27,873 bases of DNA from a virus. Taxonomy: Duplodnaviria; Heunggongvirae; Uroviricota; Caudoviricetes. The stretch lies in IMG/VR virus record IMGVR_UViG_2778261450_000008, positions 1-27,873 of that record. One strand, written 5' to 3'. A program made the position numbers and the translations under genes. Shown in pieces: positions 19,630 through 27,873 of this stretch. Under the pieces are notes generated by a model. It searched no databases. It had not been told where the DNA came from and worked only from the letters and a program-made list of their open reading frames with translations. Position 1 is the first letter of the stretch. Each line of letters begins with the position of its first letter.

Positions 19630-21129
19630 TTAAGTTCTCCGTGCGATGGGCCTGATTGGGGCTGGTATCTTTTTCTCTTTTGGTTTTTTGATATCGCGCA
19701 TCATTTTGGCAAAGCGGCGCATCATGTATGCATAGCGAACGGCTGAGAGAACGTCGTCGTTAAGCTTGACGATTTTCCCGTTTTCATCACGGTGATAGAG
19801 GCGGAACTCCTCAAAGAATGGCTCACAGGTGTTGAATACTTTGAAGCGACCATCGAGCATCATGTCGCGCAATTCAGTGATGCCAGGCTCAACAGCATTA
19901 CCGCCATCAGGCCATGTCGCATGCTCCTGTAACATCATAAATCCAGCGTCTGCATACTGCCCTTTGAGCTGCTCACCGCCGCCCTTCTCATGCTGGTTTC
20001 CGTCATGAGGCCATGCGGTTGGCACTTTATGCGCCCATGATTTAACAGCTCCCCATGCCTGAACCGCTGTTTTTTCTTTCGCCTTCCACACGCGTGAAAC
20101 GTAGATTGTGTCTGCGTCCTTATCCCACCAAAGCTGAACCTGCGCCTGCGGGTGATCCCATCCGAAATCCATCCCGCCAATTACGTAGAAGTGATCAGGA
20201 CACTCGAACGGCTGACACTTAATCGTCTCTTCCGGTATCTGGAAGATTCGACCACTACCCATCGTAGGAATACCGCGAGCACGCGCCTCTCTCTCATGCT
20301 CGGGATAGGATGCGATGATTTGCTCTTTCTGTTCGTCTGTGTAGTGCTCAGCGTCATAGATGGTCATGTTGACCACTTTCTGCGACTTGCTGGGATTCTT
20401 CAGGAACTTGGTAACAACGTCAGACATCCCCATCAGCGGGGTAAACGTCAGAATTGAGAATTGACCGTATTTGTTGGTACGGGTAAGGCCTTCGCCATAA
20501 ATGGTGTATGGTGGTTCTTCGTCAAACCACACGCCATGGATTGTGTCACCCTGCCAGCGAGCACGGCCTTGCGAGTATGGCTTGAAGTAGCAGATTGAAA
20601 TGCCATCTTCAACGCCATCAGCCGTGTGATGCTTAACCAGAAGATGATCAACAAGGTTCGGAAAGAAAGGAGACTTCTTCCAGCTAATGATGTCTTCTTT
20701 CGGTATTGAACCGTAGCCAGGTTCACCATTCTCTTCGATTCGACCGCACAGGATGCGTTGAGTCGTTTTGGTTACAGTCTCGTTTGTCTCGCCGCCAATC
20801 CAGAAGACAACAGGCTCATAGAAACGCTTACCTTTCCACTCACCGCCATATTTACCATCAGCCGGATAGCCTTTTGTTCCCGGATAACGCCCGGTAAGGT
20901 GAAACGCGACTTCAGCAGCCCCAGTAAATGACTTACCAAGCTGGTTACCCGCCATAAAACAGCGCTCTGGATAGTCATGCCCGGCGTCGATGAACTCACG
21001 CTGTTTGCTGTATGGCGTAAATTCATATAGCAGGTGTGTGTTCCGGTAGTTCTCTTCTTCTTCGAGTAGCTCGAGCAACTCGATTTGCTCTTCGTCGCTC
21101 AGGTTATCAAGAATCGCGTCCAGTTCCAC
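19630..21129 (-). CDS. Terminase large subunit, P22 gp2 homologue
   Basis: 499-aa; [37 protein letters not shown]... is near-identical to my recollection of P22 gp2; ATPase and nuclease regions collinear. Confidence 0.93.
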   Translation of the reverse strand: MELDAILDNLSDEEQIELLELLEEEENYRNTHLLYEFTPYSKQREFIDAGHDYPERCFMAGNQLGKSFTGAAEVAFHLTGRYPGTKGYPADGKYGGEWKGKRFYEPVVFWIGGETNETVTKTTQRILCGRIEENGEPGYGSIPKEDIISWKKSPFFPNLVDHLLVKHHTADGVEDGISICYFKPYSQGRARWQGDTIHGVWFDEEPPYTIYGEGLTRTNKYGQFSILTFTPLMGMSDVVTKFLKNPSKSQKVVNMTIYDAEHYTDEQKEQIIASYPEHEREARARGIPTMGSGRIFQIPEETIKCQPFECPDHFYVIGGMDFGWDHPQAQVQLWWDKDADTIYVSRVWKAKEKTAVQAWGAVKSWAHKVPTAWPHDGNQHEKGGGEQLKGQYADAGFMMLQEHATWPDGGNAVEPGITELRDMMLDGRFKVFNTCEPFFEEFRLYHRDENGKIVKLNDDVLSAVRYAYMMRRFAKMMRDIKKPKEKKIPAPIRPIARRT

Positions 21130-21595
21130 GGTTGAATAGCTCCTTGATACGAGAGCGTCGCTTATCGCGATCTCCCTTATCAGGTGTCACGTCTTCAACT
21201 TGCGACTGCTCTTTGAGGCCCAAATCACGGGCGATGATGTTAGCGTTGAGAAGGTCAGCGGCTGCGCCAGAGAATTTCTGGTCGTAGATGACCTGCTCTG
21301 CTCGCGTAACGACTTCAGATAAATCTTCTCGCAGGCGATATGTGCGCCATGTTTCAAGAGTCACATCAATGAACAGAGTGAGGCCTGTAATGGTCATCGC
21401 TCGCATCTTGGCGATAGGTTCTTGTATCACTTCACCCTGATACGAGAACGCCTTCATCTCCCATAGCGGGTTAGCTTCCACCCACTCGAAGTATTCACAA
21501 CAAGCAGCCCACAGCGCCTCAGGCGATTCGAATTTAGGGTTTCGCCCATGACTACTGCGGGCCTCCCAAAATCGGTTGCCCTTTGGTGCTGCCAT
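21107..21595 (-). CDS. Terminase small subunit, P22 gp3 homologue
   Basis: From the ATG at 21595, [46 protein letters not shown]... matches my recollection of P22 gp3; the track ORF adds two residues (MN). Confidence 0.9.
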   Translation of the reverse strand: MAAPKGNRFWEARSSHGRNPKFESPEALWAACCEYFEWVEANPLWEMKAFSYQGEVIQEPIAKMRAMTITGLTLFIDVTLETWRTYRLREDLSEVVTRAEQVIYDQKFSGAAADLLNANIIARDLGLKEQSQVEDVTPDKGDRDKRRSRIKELFNRGTGRDS

Positions 21596-21618
21596 ATTCA
21601 TCTCACTTAGTTGTTATT

Positions 21619-21798
21619 TCAGGCTGAGGACTCTTTCGCGCTTTCAATCAGTGACTGCTTCAGCAATTCAAGTGTGCCAATCGCCTCGCATAAACTGATT
21701 TCACCATCGTAATCATGGATGACGCTTTCCAGCCGCTCATATAGCTCTTGAGTAATTGGGAATTTCTTCTCCTTACCAAGATCAACGACGCTTGTCAT
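21619..21798 (-). CDS. Small hypothetical protein (59 aa) immediately upstream of the small terminase
   Basis: My own translation (MTSVVDLGKEKKFPITQELYERLESVIHDYDGEISLCEAIGTLELLKQSLIESAKESSA); it exactly fills the gap between the 95-aa ORF and the terminase gene on the same strand. Below the track's length cutoff. Confidence 0.4.
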   Translation of the reverse strand: MTSVVDLGKEKKFPITQELYERLESVIHDYDGEISLCEAIGTLELLKQSLIESAKESSA

Positions 21799-21807
21799 AG
21801 AGGATTC

Positions 21808-22095
21808 CTATAATTTTGAATATCCAGACTCAAATACCTCAGCAGGAGAATATGATTCATATCCATCCTCATAGACAACGTAATAGCCTCCAGACATTGG
21901 TCGGTGCTTACAGATATATTCCGCGCTAACATCAAATGCTGCGTATTTCTTATCATCCGGATGAATAATTGCCCCATAACTTGAAGAGCCAGTCTTACCA
22001 GACTGATCTGGGTTTGGCTTATGTTCTATAGAGCCAATCTTCAGGGCGCGAACTTTTTTGTGGCACTGGTATCTCGGCATTTCTTGTTCAGTCAT
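21808..22095 (-). CDS. Hypothetical 95-aa phage protein, function unknown
   Basis: Track ORF packed with 3-9 nt spacings into the - strand operon; contains a GGYYVVYEDGYESY motif and two Cys; no family recognised from memory. Confidence 0.5.
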   Translation of the reverse strand: MTEQEMPRYQCHKKVRALKIGSIEHKPNPDQSGKTGSSSYGAIIHPDDKKYAAFDVSAEYICKHRPMSGGYYVVYEDGYESYSPAEVFESGYSKL

Positions 22096-22098
22096 CTC

Positions 22099-22341
22099 TT
22101 ACACTCCGGTAGTGAACAGGTCTAACGCTTCCTTCGATTTACGCACCGCTTCAAATGTGCGGATCGTGATATCTGAATTAGCGCCGCCTGACTGGAAGTG
22201 AATTTTGAATAACTCAAGCTTCAGCTCGTCAGTGCCAATGAACTGAAATGCTTCTTCTGCGGCTGCGTTCTGGTTCATGACCAGTTTGTAAATCTCTAAC
22301 TGGAATTTCTGTTCTTCAGTCATGGGGGTAATCTCTGCCAT
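22099..22341 (-). CDS. Hypothetical 80-aa phage protein, function unknown
   Basis: Track ORF directly upstream of the 95-aa ORF (3-nt gap), acidic and helical-looking; part of the accessory segment between rha and the terminase genes. Confidence 0.5.
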   Translation of the reverse strand: MAEITPMTEEQKFQLEIYKLVMNQNAAAEEAFQFIGTDELKLELFKIHFQSGGANSDITIRTFEAVRKSKEALDLFTTGV

Positions 22342-22487
22342 TGTTGGCTCCGTTTATCCGTTAAAAGGGATATCAGTTAAGTTATCCCGTGTAAGGTATA
22401 AGCCATTATCAAAGCCACTCTGTAGGGAATGGCTTTTGTGATGGCAATAAAAAAGGCCGACTTAGCGACCAATTTAATAATTAATTA

Positions 22488-22730
22488 TCAATAATGTGGG
22501 AATTGGTTACTATTTTGCAAGATAACCCAAGATGGGCGAAACAAGTCAAAAACATTGATGCTTAACAGGGCTTCATTTATTGATTTTTTTTCATCCGCAG
22601 AAACTCCGCGTCCTGCATTTGACATTACAAGCTGACCATTAACTATTTCACTACATTGTTTTACATAACTACCTTGCGGTATTGATTGAAAGTTACATGT
22701 ACCATTTATTATTTTATCAATTTCACTCAT
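22488..22730 (-). CDS. AT-rich hypothetical 80-aa protein, candidate cargo/moron gene
   Basis: ATG preceded by GAGG (gacGAGGttgatATG); codon usage markedly more AT-rich than the flanking phage genes; no TM helix; followed by a T6 run and flanked by non-coding DNA on both sides. Confidence 0.45.
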   Translation of the reverse strand: MSEIDKIINGTCNFQSIPQGSYVKQCSEIVNGQLVMSNAGRGVSADEKKSINEALLSINVFDLFRPSWVILQNSNQFPHY

Positions 22731-23074
22731 ATCAACCTCGTCTAGTTGTTCGTCATAGATTCAGTGACTGGCGGTGACGATTCCGCTTTTCGGGAGCTAC
22801 CCTAGCCACTGTTTTATTCTATCCGATGTCTTTCCATCAGTACGCCACCACAAAGAATCTTTTTTGCCATAAGGCAGGAGGTTCATCTTTCAGTGGCTGC
22901 CAGTGTTATTTCCCCACTTACTGGCTTGGGTTGTTTCGCTGTACTGCCGTAACTGGTGGTGCACAGATTTAGTTAAATCTGTTCTCGCCTGAACTATCTT
23001 TTACATACCCGGATTGTGGGGATGTAAATCACGGTTTCATTATCAAGCCCACCCGTAGATGGGCTTTGGAATGG

Positions 23075-23593
23075 TCACTTTGGCAGTCCGGGGATCGATA
23101 TTTGCGCCTGCTGCTCAAGCCTTTCGATTCTTGCTATGAGTTGCGGTTTTTTGATCCTGCCCCAGCGGTTCAGCAAGCGTCCTGACATACTGGCAACATC
23201 CTTTTCCTTCATGAACTCCAGCATTAACTCGTTGTGCTCTCTTTGGTATGAGTGAGCCATCTCCATCAGCCTGTCACGCATCCAATTAAATGCTTTGATA
23301 AACGCCTCTTTGATGGCGGCAGCTTTTTTGCCGGTAAACGACATGATGATGTACATCGCACCGTCTTTGGAAATTTCATATTCAACATACTGATTACCCT
23401 TGTGTTCATAGGTAACCCGCGAAAAGTTGCTGGTTAGAAATTCATCCGAACAGTCTAGCTTTTCGATTTTCTGAATGATGTGGTGATGCTGCTTGTCGAA
23501 GTAAGCTGCTACCTTGCGGGAGGTTGTGATCACGCGATCACCAGAAACAACCACCATGTCCCGGAACTCGAGATTAGCCAATTGATGATTCAT
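23075..23593 (-). CDS. rha: Rha-family phage regulatory protein
   Basis: The track ORF begins on GTG at 23629; the internal ATG at 23593 with AAGG upstream gives MNHQLANLEFRDMVVVSGDRVITTSRKVAAYFDKQHHHIIQKIEKL, typical of the Rha N-terminal domain, in the usual position between the lysis cassette and terminase. Confidence 0.7.
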   Translation of the reverse strand: MNHQLANLEFRDMVVVSGDRVITTSRKVAAYFDKQHHHIIQKIEKLDCSDEFLTSNFSRVTYEHKGNQYVEYEISKDGAMYIIMSFTGKKAAAIKEAFIKAFNWMRDRLMEMAHSYQREHNELMLEFMKEKDVASMSGRLLNRWGRIKKPQLIARIERLEQQAQISIPGLPK

Positions 23594-23742
23594 AGCGTCT
23601 TTACCTTTTAGAAAGTGAGCCTGTCTCACAGAAAAGCCGTCCCGAGATGGTCGCCACCATATACGGCAGTTCTCAGGCTCAACTTTCTGAAAGGCTCGGG
23701 TGATGTAATATGCGCGTGAGATGCGCTGTGAAATTCAGATGT

Positions 23743-23765
23743 AAAAAAGCCCCGCATCGCGAGGC
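23743..23765 (-). terminator. Intrinsic terminator downstream of Rz/Rz1
   Basis: On the - strand: GCCUCGC-GAU-GCGGGGC (7-bp stem with one G-U pair) followed by UUUUUU, about 30 nt after the Rz stop. Confidence 0.55.
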
Positions 23766-23797
23766 TCATTAAATGGACTTTGTGATTTGCAAAAAAA

Positions 23798-24235
23798 TTA
23801 TTTCAGGCACTGAGTCCTGATGTACTCCTGCAGGTAGTTAACCTGCGCGGTTATCCTATCGATTCCACTTCTGAGACGGTAATAATTGAGTTCAGCATCT
23901 GCTGTAAGTCTTGGGCTTTCTCCATCGCCCATGCTGCTGGCTCCGGTCGTTGGCTTTGCACAGGTGGCGGCGACTTGCAGGCGCTTACGACCAGCAGAAA
24001 CATCAGCACGGAGGCTTTCGATAGTCGCGTTAGCATCAGCAAGCTCCTTTGTGTATCTGGCGTCGAGTTCTGCTACATCACGTTGACGCTTCTGCATATC
24101 AGCGATGATGGATGTGGCTTTATCGCGCTGGTCTTTGTAGGCGATGGCGTTATCACGGTAATGATTAACAGCCCATGACAGGCAGACGATGATGCAGATA
24201 ACCAGAGCGGAGATGATCGCGGTTACTCTGCTCAT
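23798..24235 (-). CDS. Rz: Rz i-spanin (inner-membrane spanin subunit)
   Basis: 145-aa with an N-terminal TM helix ([16 protein letters not shown]) and coiled-coil periplasmic domain; ATGA overlap with the endolysin stop; Rz1 embedded in the +1 frame. Confidence 0.85.
   Translation of the reverse strand: MSRVTAIISALVICIIVCLSWAVNHYRDNAIAYKDQRDKATSIIADMQKRQRDVAELDARYTKELADANATIESLRADVSAGRKRLQVAATCAKPTTGASSMGDGESPRLTADAELNYYRLRSGIDRITAQVNYLQEYIRTQCLK
23851..24042 (-). CDS. Rz1: Rz1 o-spanin (outer-membrane lipoprotein), embedded in Rz
   Basis: Out-of-frame ORF inside Rz with a signal peptide and lipobox (LLVVSAC) followed by a Pro-rich segment ([13 protein letters not shown]); exact start uncertain. 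Confidence 0.65.
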   Translation of the reverse strand: MLMLTRLSKASVLMFLLVVSACKSPPPVQSQRPEPAAWAMEKAQDLQQMLNSIITVSEVESIG

Positions 24236-24708
24236 ACCTCAATCTCTCTGACCGTTCCGCCCGCTTCTTTGAATTTTGCAATCAGGCTGTCAGCCTTATG
24301 CTCGAACTGACCATAACCAGCGCCCGGCAGTGAAGCCCAGATATTGCTGCAACGGTCGATTGCCTGACGGATATCACCGCGATCAATCATCGGCAAAGCG
24401 CCACGCTCCTTAATCTGCTGCAATGCCACAGCGTCCTGGCTTTTCGGAGAGAAATCTTTCAGGCCAAGCTGCTTACGATAGGCATCCCACCAACGGGAAA
24501 GAAGCTGGTAACGGCCTGCAGCTGTTGATTTGAGTTTGGGGTTTAGCGTGACAAGTTTGCGAGGGTGATCTGAGTAATCAGTGAATAGCTCTCCGCCAAC
24601 AATGACGTCATAACCATGATTTCTGGTTTTCTGCCGTCCGTTATCAGTTCCCTCTGACCACGCCAGCATATCGAGGAACGCCTTACGTTGATTATTGATT
24701 TCCACCAT
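24232..24708 (-). CDS. R: Endolysin, lambda R-type lytic transglycosylase
   Basis: 158-aa; [49 protein letters not shown]... is essentially identical to my recollection of lambda R. Confidence 0.95.
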   Translation of the reverse strand: MVEINNQRKAFLDMLAWSEGTDNGRQKTRNHGYDVIVGGELFTDYSDHPRKLVTLNPKLKSTAAGRYQLLSRWWDAYRKQLGLKDFSPKSQDAVALQQIKERGALPMIDRGDIRQAIDRCSNIWASLPGAGYGQFEHKADSLIAKFKEAGGTVREIEV

Positions 24709-25015
24709 CTTCTACTCCGGCTTTTTTAGCAGCGAAGCGTTTGATAAGCGAACCAATCGAGTCAGTACCGATGTAGCCGATGAACACGCTCGTTATATAA
24801 GCGAGATTGCTACTTAGTCCGGCGAAGTCGAGAAGGTCACGAATGAACCAGGCGATAATGGCGCACATCGTTGCGTCGATTACTGTTTTTGTAAACGCAC
24901 CGCCATTATATCTGCCGCGAAGGTACGCCATTGCAAACGCAAGGATTGCCCCGATGCCTTGTTCCTTTGCCGCGAGAATGGCGGCTAACAGGTCATGTTT
25001 TTCTGGCATCTTCAT
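24692..25015 (-). CDS. S: Holin, lambda S-type (class I) with dual-start motif
   Basis: 107-aa; [54 protein letters not shown]... matches lambda S107/S105, including the Met1-Lys2-Met3 dual start. Confidence 0.95.
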   Translation of the reverse strand: MKMPEKHDLLAAILAAKEQGIGAILAFAMAYLRGRYNGGAFTKTVIDATMCAIIAWFIRDLLDFAGLSSNLAYITSVFIGYIGTDSIGSLIKRFAAKKAGVEDGGNQ

Positions 25016-25134
25016 GTCTTACCCCCAATAAGGGGATTTGCTCTATTTAATTAGGAATAAGGTCTATTACTGATAGAACAAATCAAGGCTACTGTGTTTA
25101 GTAATCAGATTTGTTCGTGACCGATATGCACGGG

Positions 25135-25170
25135 CAAAACGGCATGAGGTTGCGCTAACAACCTCATGCC
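25135..25170 (-). terminator. Strong hairpin in the late leader upstream of S
   Basis: Perfect 12-bp inverted repeat GGCATGAGGTTG-cgctaa-CAACCTCATGCC; on the - strand it is followed by GUUUUGCC. The T-run is interrupted, so terminator function is uncertain. Confidence 0.4.
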
Positions 25171-25310
25171 ACCCGCTTTCACGAAGCCAGCCATTGCGCT
25201 GGTTTTCTTTTATGCAAAGCACACCGCACCGTAGCCACAGCGGATAAGGTGATTATTTTTGTCTGTCTGGTATTTGGTTTGATGTGCTTTCAGAAAGGCC
25301 GTGCTTAAAA

Positions 25311-25343
25311 CGCAAAAAGCCCCGAGCTATTAACTCAGGGCTT
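25311..25343 (-). terminator. Candidate tR' intrinsic terminator downstream of pR'
   Basis: On the - strand: AGCCCUGAG-uuaauag-CUCGGGGCU (9-bp stem with one G-U) followed by UUUUUGCGUUUU, roughly 30-60 nt downstream of the predicted pR' start. Confidence 0.5.
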
Positions 25344-25370
25344 TATTTAACGAGTGCATTTATCCATCGT

Positions 25371-25406
25371 TGAGTCAAATTTACCCAACTTTATTCAATA
25401 AGTCAA
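25371..25406 (-). promoter_or_regulatory. Late promoter pR' with qut-like region
   Basis: The - strand reads TTGACT-(17 bp)-TAAATT followed by TGACTCAACGATGG, matching my recollection of the lambda pR' -35/-10 and initial transcribed sequence; located immediately 3' of Q. Confidence 0.7.
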
Positions 25407-25448
25407 TATTATGCCGTTAATATGTTGCCATCCGTGGCAATCATGCTG

Positions 25449-26072
25449 CTAACGTGTGACAGCATTCAAAATGTTGTCTGCGATTGATTCTTCTTTGTGG
25501 CATTGCACCACCAGAGCGTCATACAGCGGCTTAACAGTGCGTGACCAGGTGGGTTGAGTAAGGTTTGGGATTAGCATCGTTACAGCGCGATATGCGGCGC
25601 TTGCTGGCATCCTTGAATAACCGACGCCTTTGCATCTTCCGCACTCTTTCTCAACAACTCTCCCCCACTGCTCCATTTTGGCTATATCAACCGCACGGCC
25701 TGTACCGTGGCAATCTCTGCATCTTGCGCCCGGCGTCGCGGCACTACGGCAATAATCCGCATAAGCGAATGTTGCGAGCACTTGCAGTACCTTTGTCTTA
25801 GTATTTCCTTCAAGCTTTGCCACACCACGGTATTTCCCCGATACCTTGTGTGCAAATTGCATCAGATAGTTGATAGCCTTTTGTTTGTCGTTCTGGCTGA
25901 GTTCATGTTTACCACAGAATGCAGCCATTCCGAATCCGGCTTGTGATTGCGCCATCCCCATAGCAGCCATCACATCAGTACCGGAAAGAGAGTCAGAAGC
26001 CGTAGCCCGTGGTGAGTCGCTCATCATCGGGCTTTTTGGCGAATGAAATTTAGCTACGCTTTCGAGTCTCAT
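25449..26072 (-). CDS. Q: Late-gene antiterminator Q (lambda type)
   Basis: 207-aa; MRLESVAKFHSPKSPMMSDSPRATASDSLSGTDVMAAMGMAQSQAGFG... with the CRDCHGTGRA...CGRCKG zinc-binding motif; essentially identical to my recollection of lambda Q. Confidence 0.95.
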   Translation of the reverse strand: MRLESVAKFHSPKSPMMSDSPRATASDSLSGTDVMAAMGMAQSQAGFGMAAFCGKHELSQNDKQKAINYLMQFAHKVSGKYRGVAKLEGNTKTKVLQVLATFAYADYCRSAATPGARCRDCHGTGRAVDIAKMEQWGRVVEKECGRCKGVGYSRMPASAAYRAVTMLIPNLTQPTWSRTVKPLYDALVVQCHKEESIADNILNAVTR

Positions 26073-26257
26073 GGTCTCCCCCTCTTGCCCTGTTTGACCA
26101 TCAGGACGCCGTTAACTATTACGTGACGCTCGCCTTTGTTGTCTCGGTTGTACTTGAGCACTGTTCCTCTTGCGCAGGAAAGCATCCTCGCCACTTCGGT
26201 CTGATTTCCTCGTGTCTGGATAAGAAGCTCTGGTATCGTTTGAATTGTGGCGTTCAT
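26069..26257 (-). CDS. ninH: NinH-like small DNA-binding protein
   Basis: 62-aa; IPELLIQTRGNQTEVARMLSCARGTVLKYNRDNKGERHVIVNGVLMV resembles lambda NinH; ATGA overlaps at both ends. Confidence 0.7.
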   Translation of the reverse strand: MNATIQTIPELLIQTRGNQTEVARMLSCARGTVLKYNRDNKGERHVIVNGVLMVKQGKRGRP

Positions 26258-26616
26258 GCGTTCTCCAGTTCGGTGATTTTTATTCCAAGCCTTCCGCCTG
26301 GTACTTTCACACCACGAATTACGCGAATGTCATCGAATTGCTCGTCGTCTTCCGCAAATCCGGCGTGGATAAGTGAGTCGAGTAAACCTTTCAGGATGTT
26401 GTCGAGGTCGCGGCGGCGGGAGTCTGGAACGTCTGCGATGACTTTGATGCGGAGTCGTGCTTTGGTGAAAATATCTAACTTGAGTTGGCGGATGATTTGC
26501 TGAACGTCTTTTCGGTATTTCTGGCCTTTATCGCTGATGTAGTATTGGCTTCCCCGTCTTCGCCAGTAGGTATTCACCGACGGCGGGTATGGAAGCACAA
26601 ACTGATATTCGTTCAT
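26254..26616 (-). CDS. rusA: RusA-family Holliday junction resolvase
   Basis: 120-aa; LPYPPSVNTYWRRRG...DVPDSRRRDLDNILKGLLDSLIHAGFAEDDEQ...GGRLGIKITELENA carries the RusA catalytic Asp-rich motifs. Confidence 0.85.
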   Translation of the reverse strand: MNEYQFVLPYPPSVNTYWRRRGSQYYISDKGQKYRKDVQQIIRQLKLDIFTKARLRIKVIADVPDSRRRDLDNILKGLLDSLIHAGFAEDDEQFDDIRVIRGVKVPGGRLGIKITELENA

Positions 26617-26903
26617 GGCTTAATCTTCCCCTCCTTCAGCAATACCGCCTGCGTCCTGATCACGCCTTCGAGGTGGTAAAGTCTGGCGTCTTTGTTGTCG
26701 AGAATCCTTGTGCGTCGGTCGATCTCCGCGTGGCAGTCACTACAAGCCCATGCACCGATCAGGTCGTCAGGCTTCATTCCCGTTCCGCAAATTCCAGCCA
26801 TCCGGTAATGTGCCAGAACTGTAGTTTCAGGATTACCATTGCATACGCCGTAAATACGTACCTGGCATTCTCTGCCGCGCGCTTCTTTGCGTAGATTAGC
26901 CAT
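26613..26903 (-). CDS. ybcO: YbcO-like (DUF1364) Cys-rich nin-region protein, putative metal-dependent nuclease
   Basis: 96-aa; MANLRKEARGRECQVRIYGVCNGNPETTVLAHYRMAGICGTGMKPDDLIGAWACSDCHAEIDRR is close to my recollection of DLP12 YbcO, and it sits next to rusA as in DLP12. Confidence 0.75.
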   Translation of the reverse strand: MANLRKEARGRECQVRIYGVCNGNPETTVLAHYRMAGICGTGMKPDDLIGAWACSDCHAEIDRRTRILDNKDARLYHLEGVIRTQAVLLKEGKIKP

Positions 26904-27122
26904 TTAATACTCCAGTTCAGGGTCATTTTTTAGGTCATGTTTTTTGCAGAATTGCTGCCACTCTCTTTCCAGCCGCTTACCTGTAAATTTCACTCTGCAT
27001 TTTGAGTAAGTGCTAATGGCATTAAATGGTGCTGAGCCTTCAGGAAATCGAGAGCGGAATACTTCTGCCACAGGTACTAAAACCAAATACAAATAATCAG
27101 AGCTACTAAACGAATCACTCAT
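26904..27122 (-). CDS. Hypothetical 72-aa nin-region protein
   Basis: Track ORF whose ATG overlaps the NinF stop (GATGAGTGA) and whose stop abuts the ybcO-like start; AT-richer than its neighbours; no family recognised. Confidence 0.4.
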   Translation of the reverse strand: MSDSFSSSDYLYLVLVPVAEVFRSRFPEGSAPFNAISTYSKCRVKFTGKRLEREWQQFCKKHDLKNDPELEY

Positions 27123-27291
27123 CGTCTTCTTCCTCGTGCATTGAGCTATTCGGATCGCTCATTAGTTCTGCGCAGCAGTGCTCACACACGTGAACTTCCA
27201 GCACATGCAGCTTCTGACCGCAGTTAGCGCACGTTAAAGCTCGCTCAACGCTTTCTTTCTGGTATTGAAGGGATTGGGATGGGCTAAGCAT
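27115..27291 (-). CDS. ninF: NinF-like small Cys-rich protein
   Basis: My own translation of a 58-aa ORF (MLSPSQSLQYQKESVERALTCANCGQKLHVLEVHVCEHCCAELMSDPNSSMHEEEDDE), nearly identical to my recollection of lambda NinF. Below the track's length cutoff. Confidence 0.8.
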   Translation of the reverse strand: MLSPSQSLQYQKESVERALTCANCGQKLHVLEVHVCEHCCAELMSDPNSSMHEEEDDE

Positions 27292-27484
27292 TATTGGCGT
27301 CCTGAATCATGAGAAATACAATCATGGCTGCGCGGAGAGGCGATTCACCGCAGAAGCAGTAGTCAGGAACCCAACAACCTTCCTCTAAATCACCTCCTGA
27401 CCATGCGCACCATTCTTTTTCCGCTGTCATCCACATGGTGCTAATTTTGTTTTCAGTGATGATCGGATATGCGTCAGCGGCCAT
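27284..27484 (-). CDS. Hypothetical nin-region ORF next to the IS insertion (66 aa from ATG 27484; the track's 76-aa version starts on GTG at 27514)
   Basis: ORF running from the proposed IS boundary to an overlap with ninF; it may be an intact small gene or the 3' remnant of a gene interrupted by the IS. No Shine-Dalgarno before the ATG. Confidence 0.3.
   Translation of the reverse strand: MAADAYPIITENKISTMWMTAEKEWCAWSGGDLEEGCWVPDYCFCGESPLRAAMIVFLMIQDANNA

Positions 27485-27873
<389 letters not shown>

Noticed and set aside
22834-22983. 49-aa + strand ORF in the rha-to-cargo-ORF gap
   Set aside because: No Shine-Dalgarno site, the opposite orientation to every neighbouring gene, and an unremarkable sequence; more likely non-coding regulatory DNA.

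Overview
This window is the left junction and late region of a P22-like (podovirus-type) lambdoid prophage integrated at the argW tRNA locus next to the host gene yfdC, probably in E. coli or a close relative. On the + strand from the left: yfdC (FNT-family channel), tRNA-Arg(CCU) (attL), a tyrosine integrase and a gtrA-gtrB-gtrC O-antigen glucosylation operon. The rest is almost entirely on the - strand and is read right to left: an IS21-family element (IstB only partly in the window) inserted in the nin region, nin genes (NinF, YbcO-like, RusA, NinH), a lambda-type Q antiterminator, pR' late promoter and S/R/Rz/Rz1 lysis cassette, Rha, four small accessory ORFs, then P22-type small and large terminase, portal, scaffold, coat, gp4/gp10/needle/gp14 homologues, three ejection proteins, an orphan Mnt repressor (+ strand) and a tailspike. 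Protein identities come from my recollection of P22, lambda and K-12 sequences and from synteny; nothing was searched. I did not find a recognisable multi-gene defence system. The most unusual items are a perfect in-frame (GGCTCT)n hexanucleotide array encoding a (PE)n linker in a small ORF between coat and gp4, a 25-aa hydrophobic ORF with a strong Shine-Dalgarno site behind the orphan mnt, an AT-rich cargo ORF with an adjacent 344-bp non-coding gap between rha and the terminase genes, and a chimeric tailspike paired with an AT-rich gtrC. The ORF track translates GTG/TTG starts as M, so several starts were re-placed on internal ATG codons.
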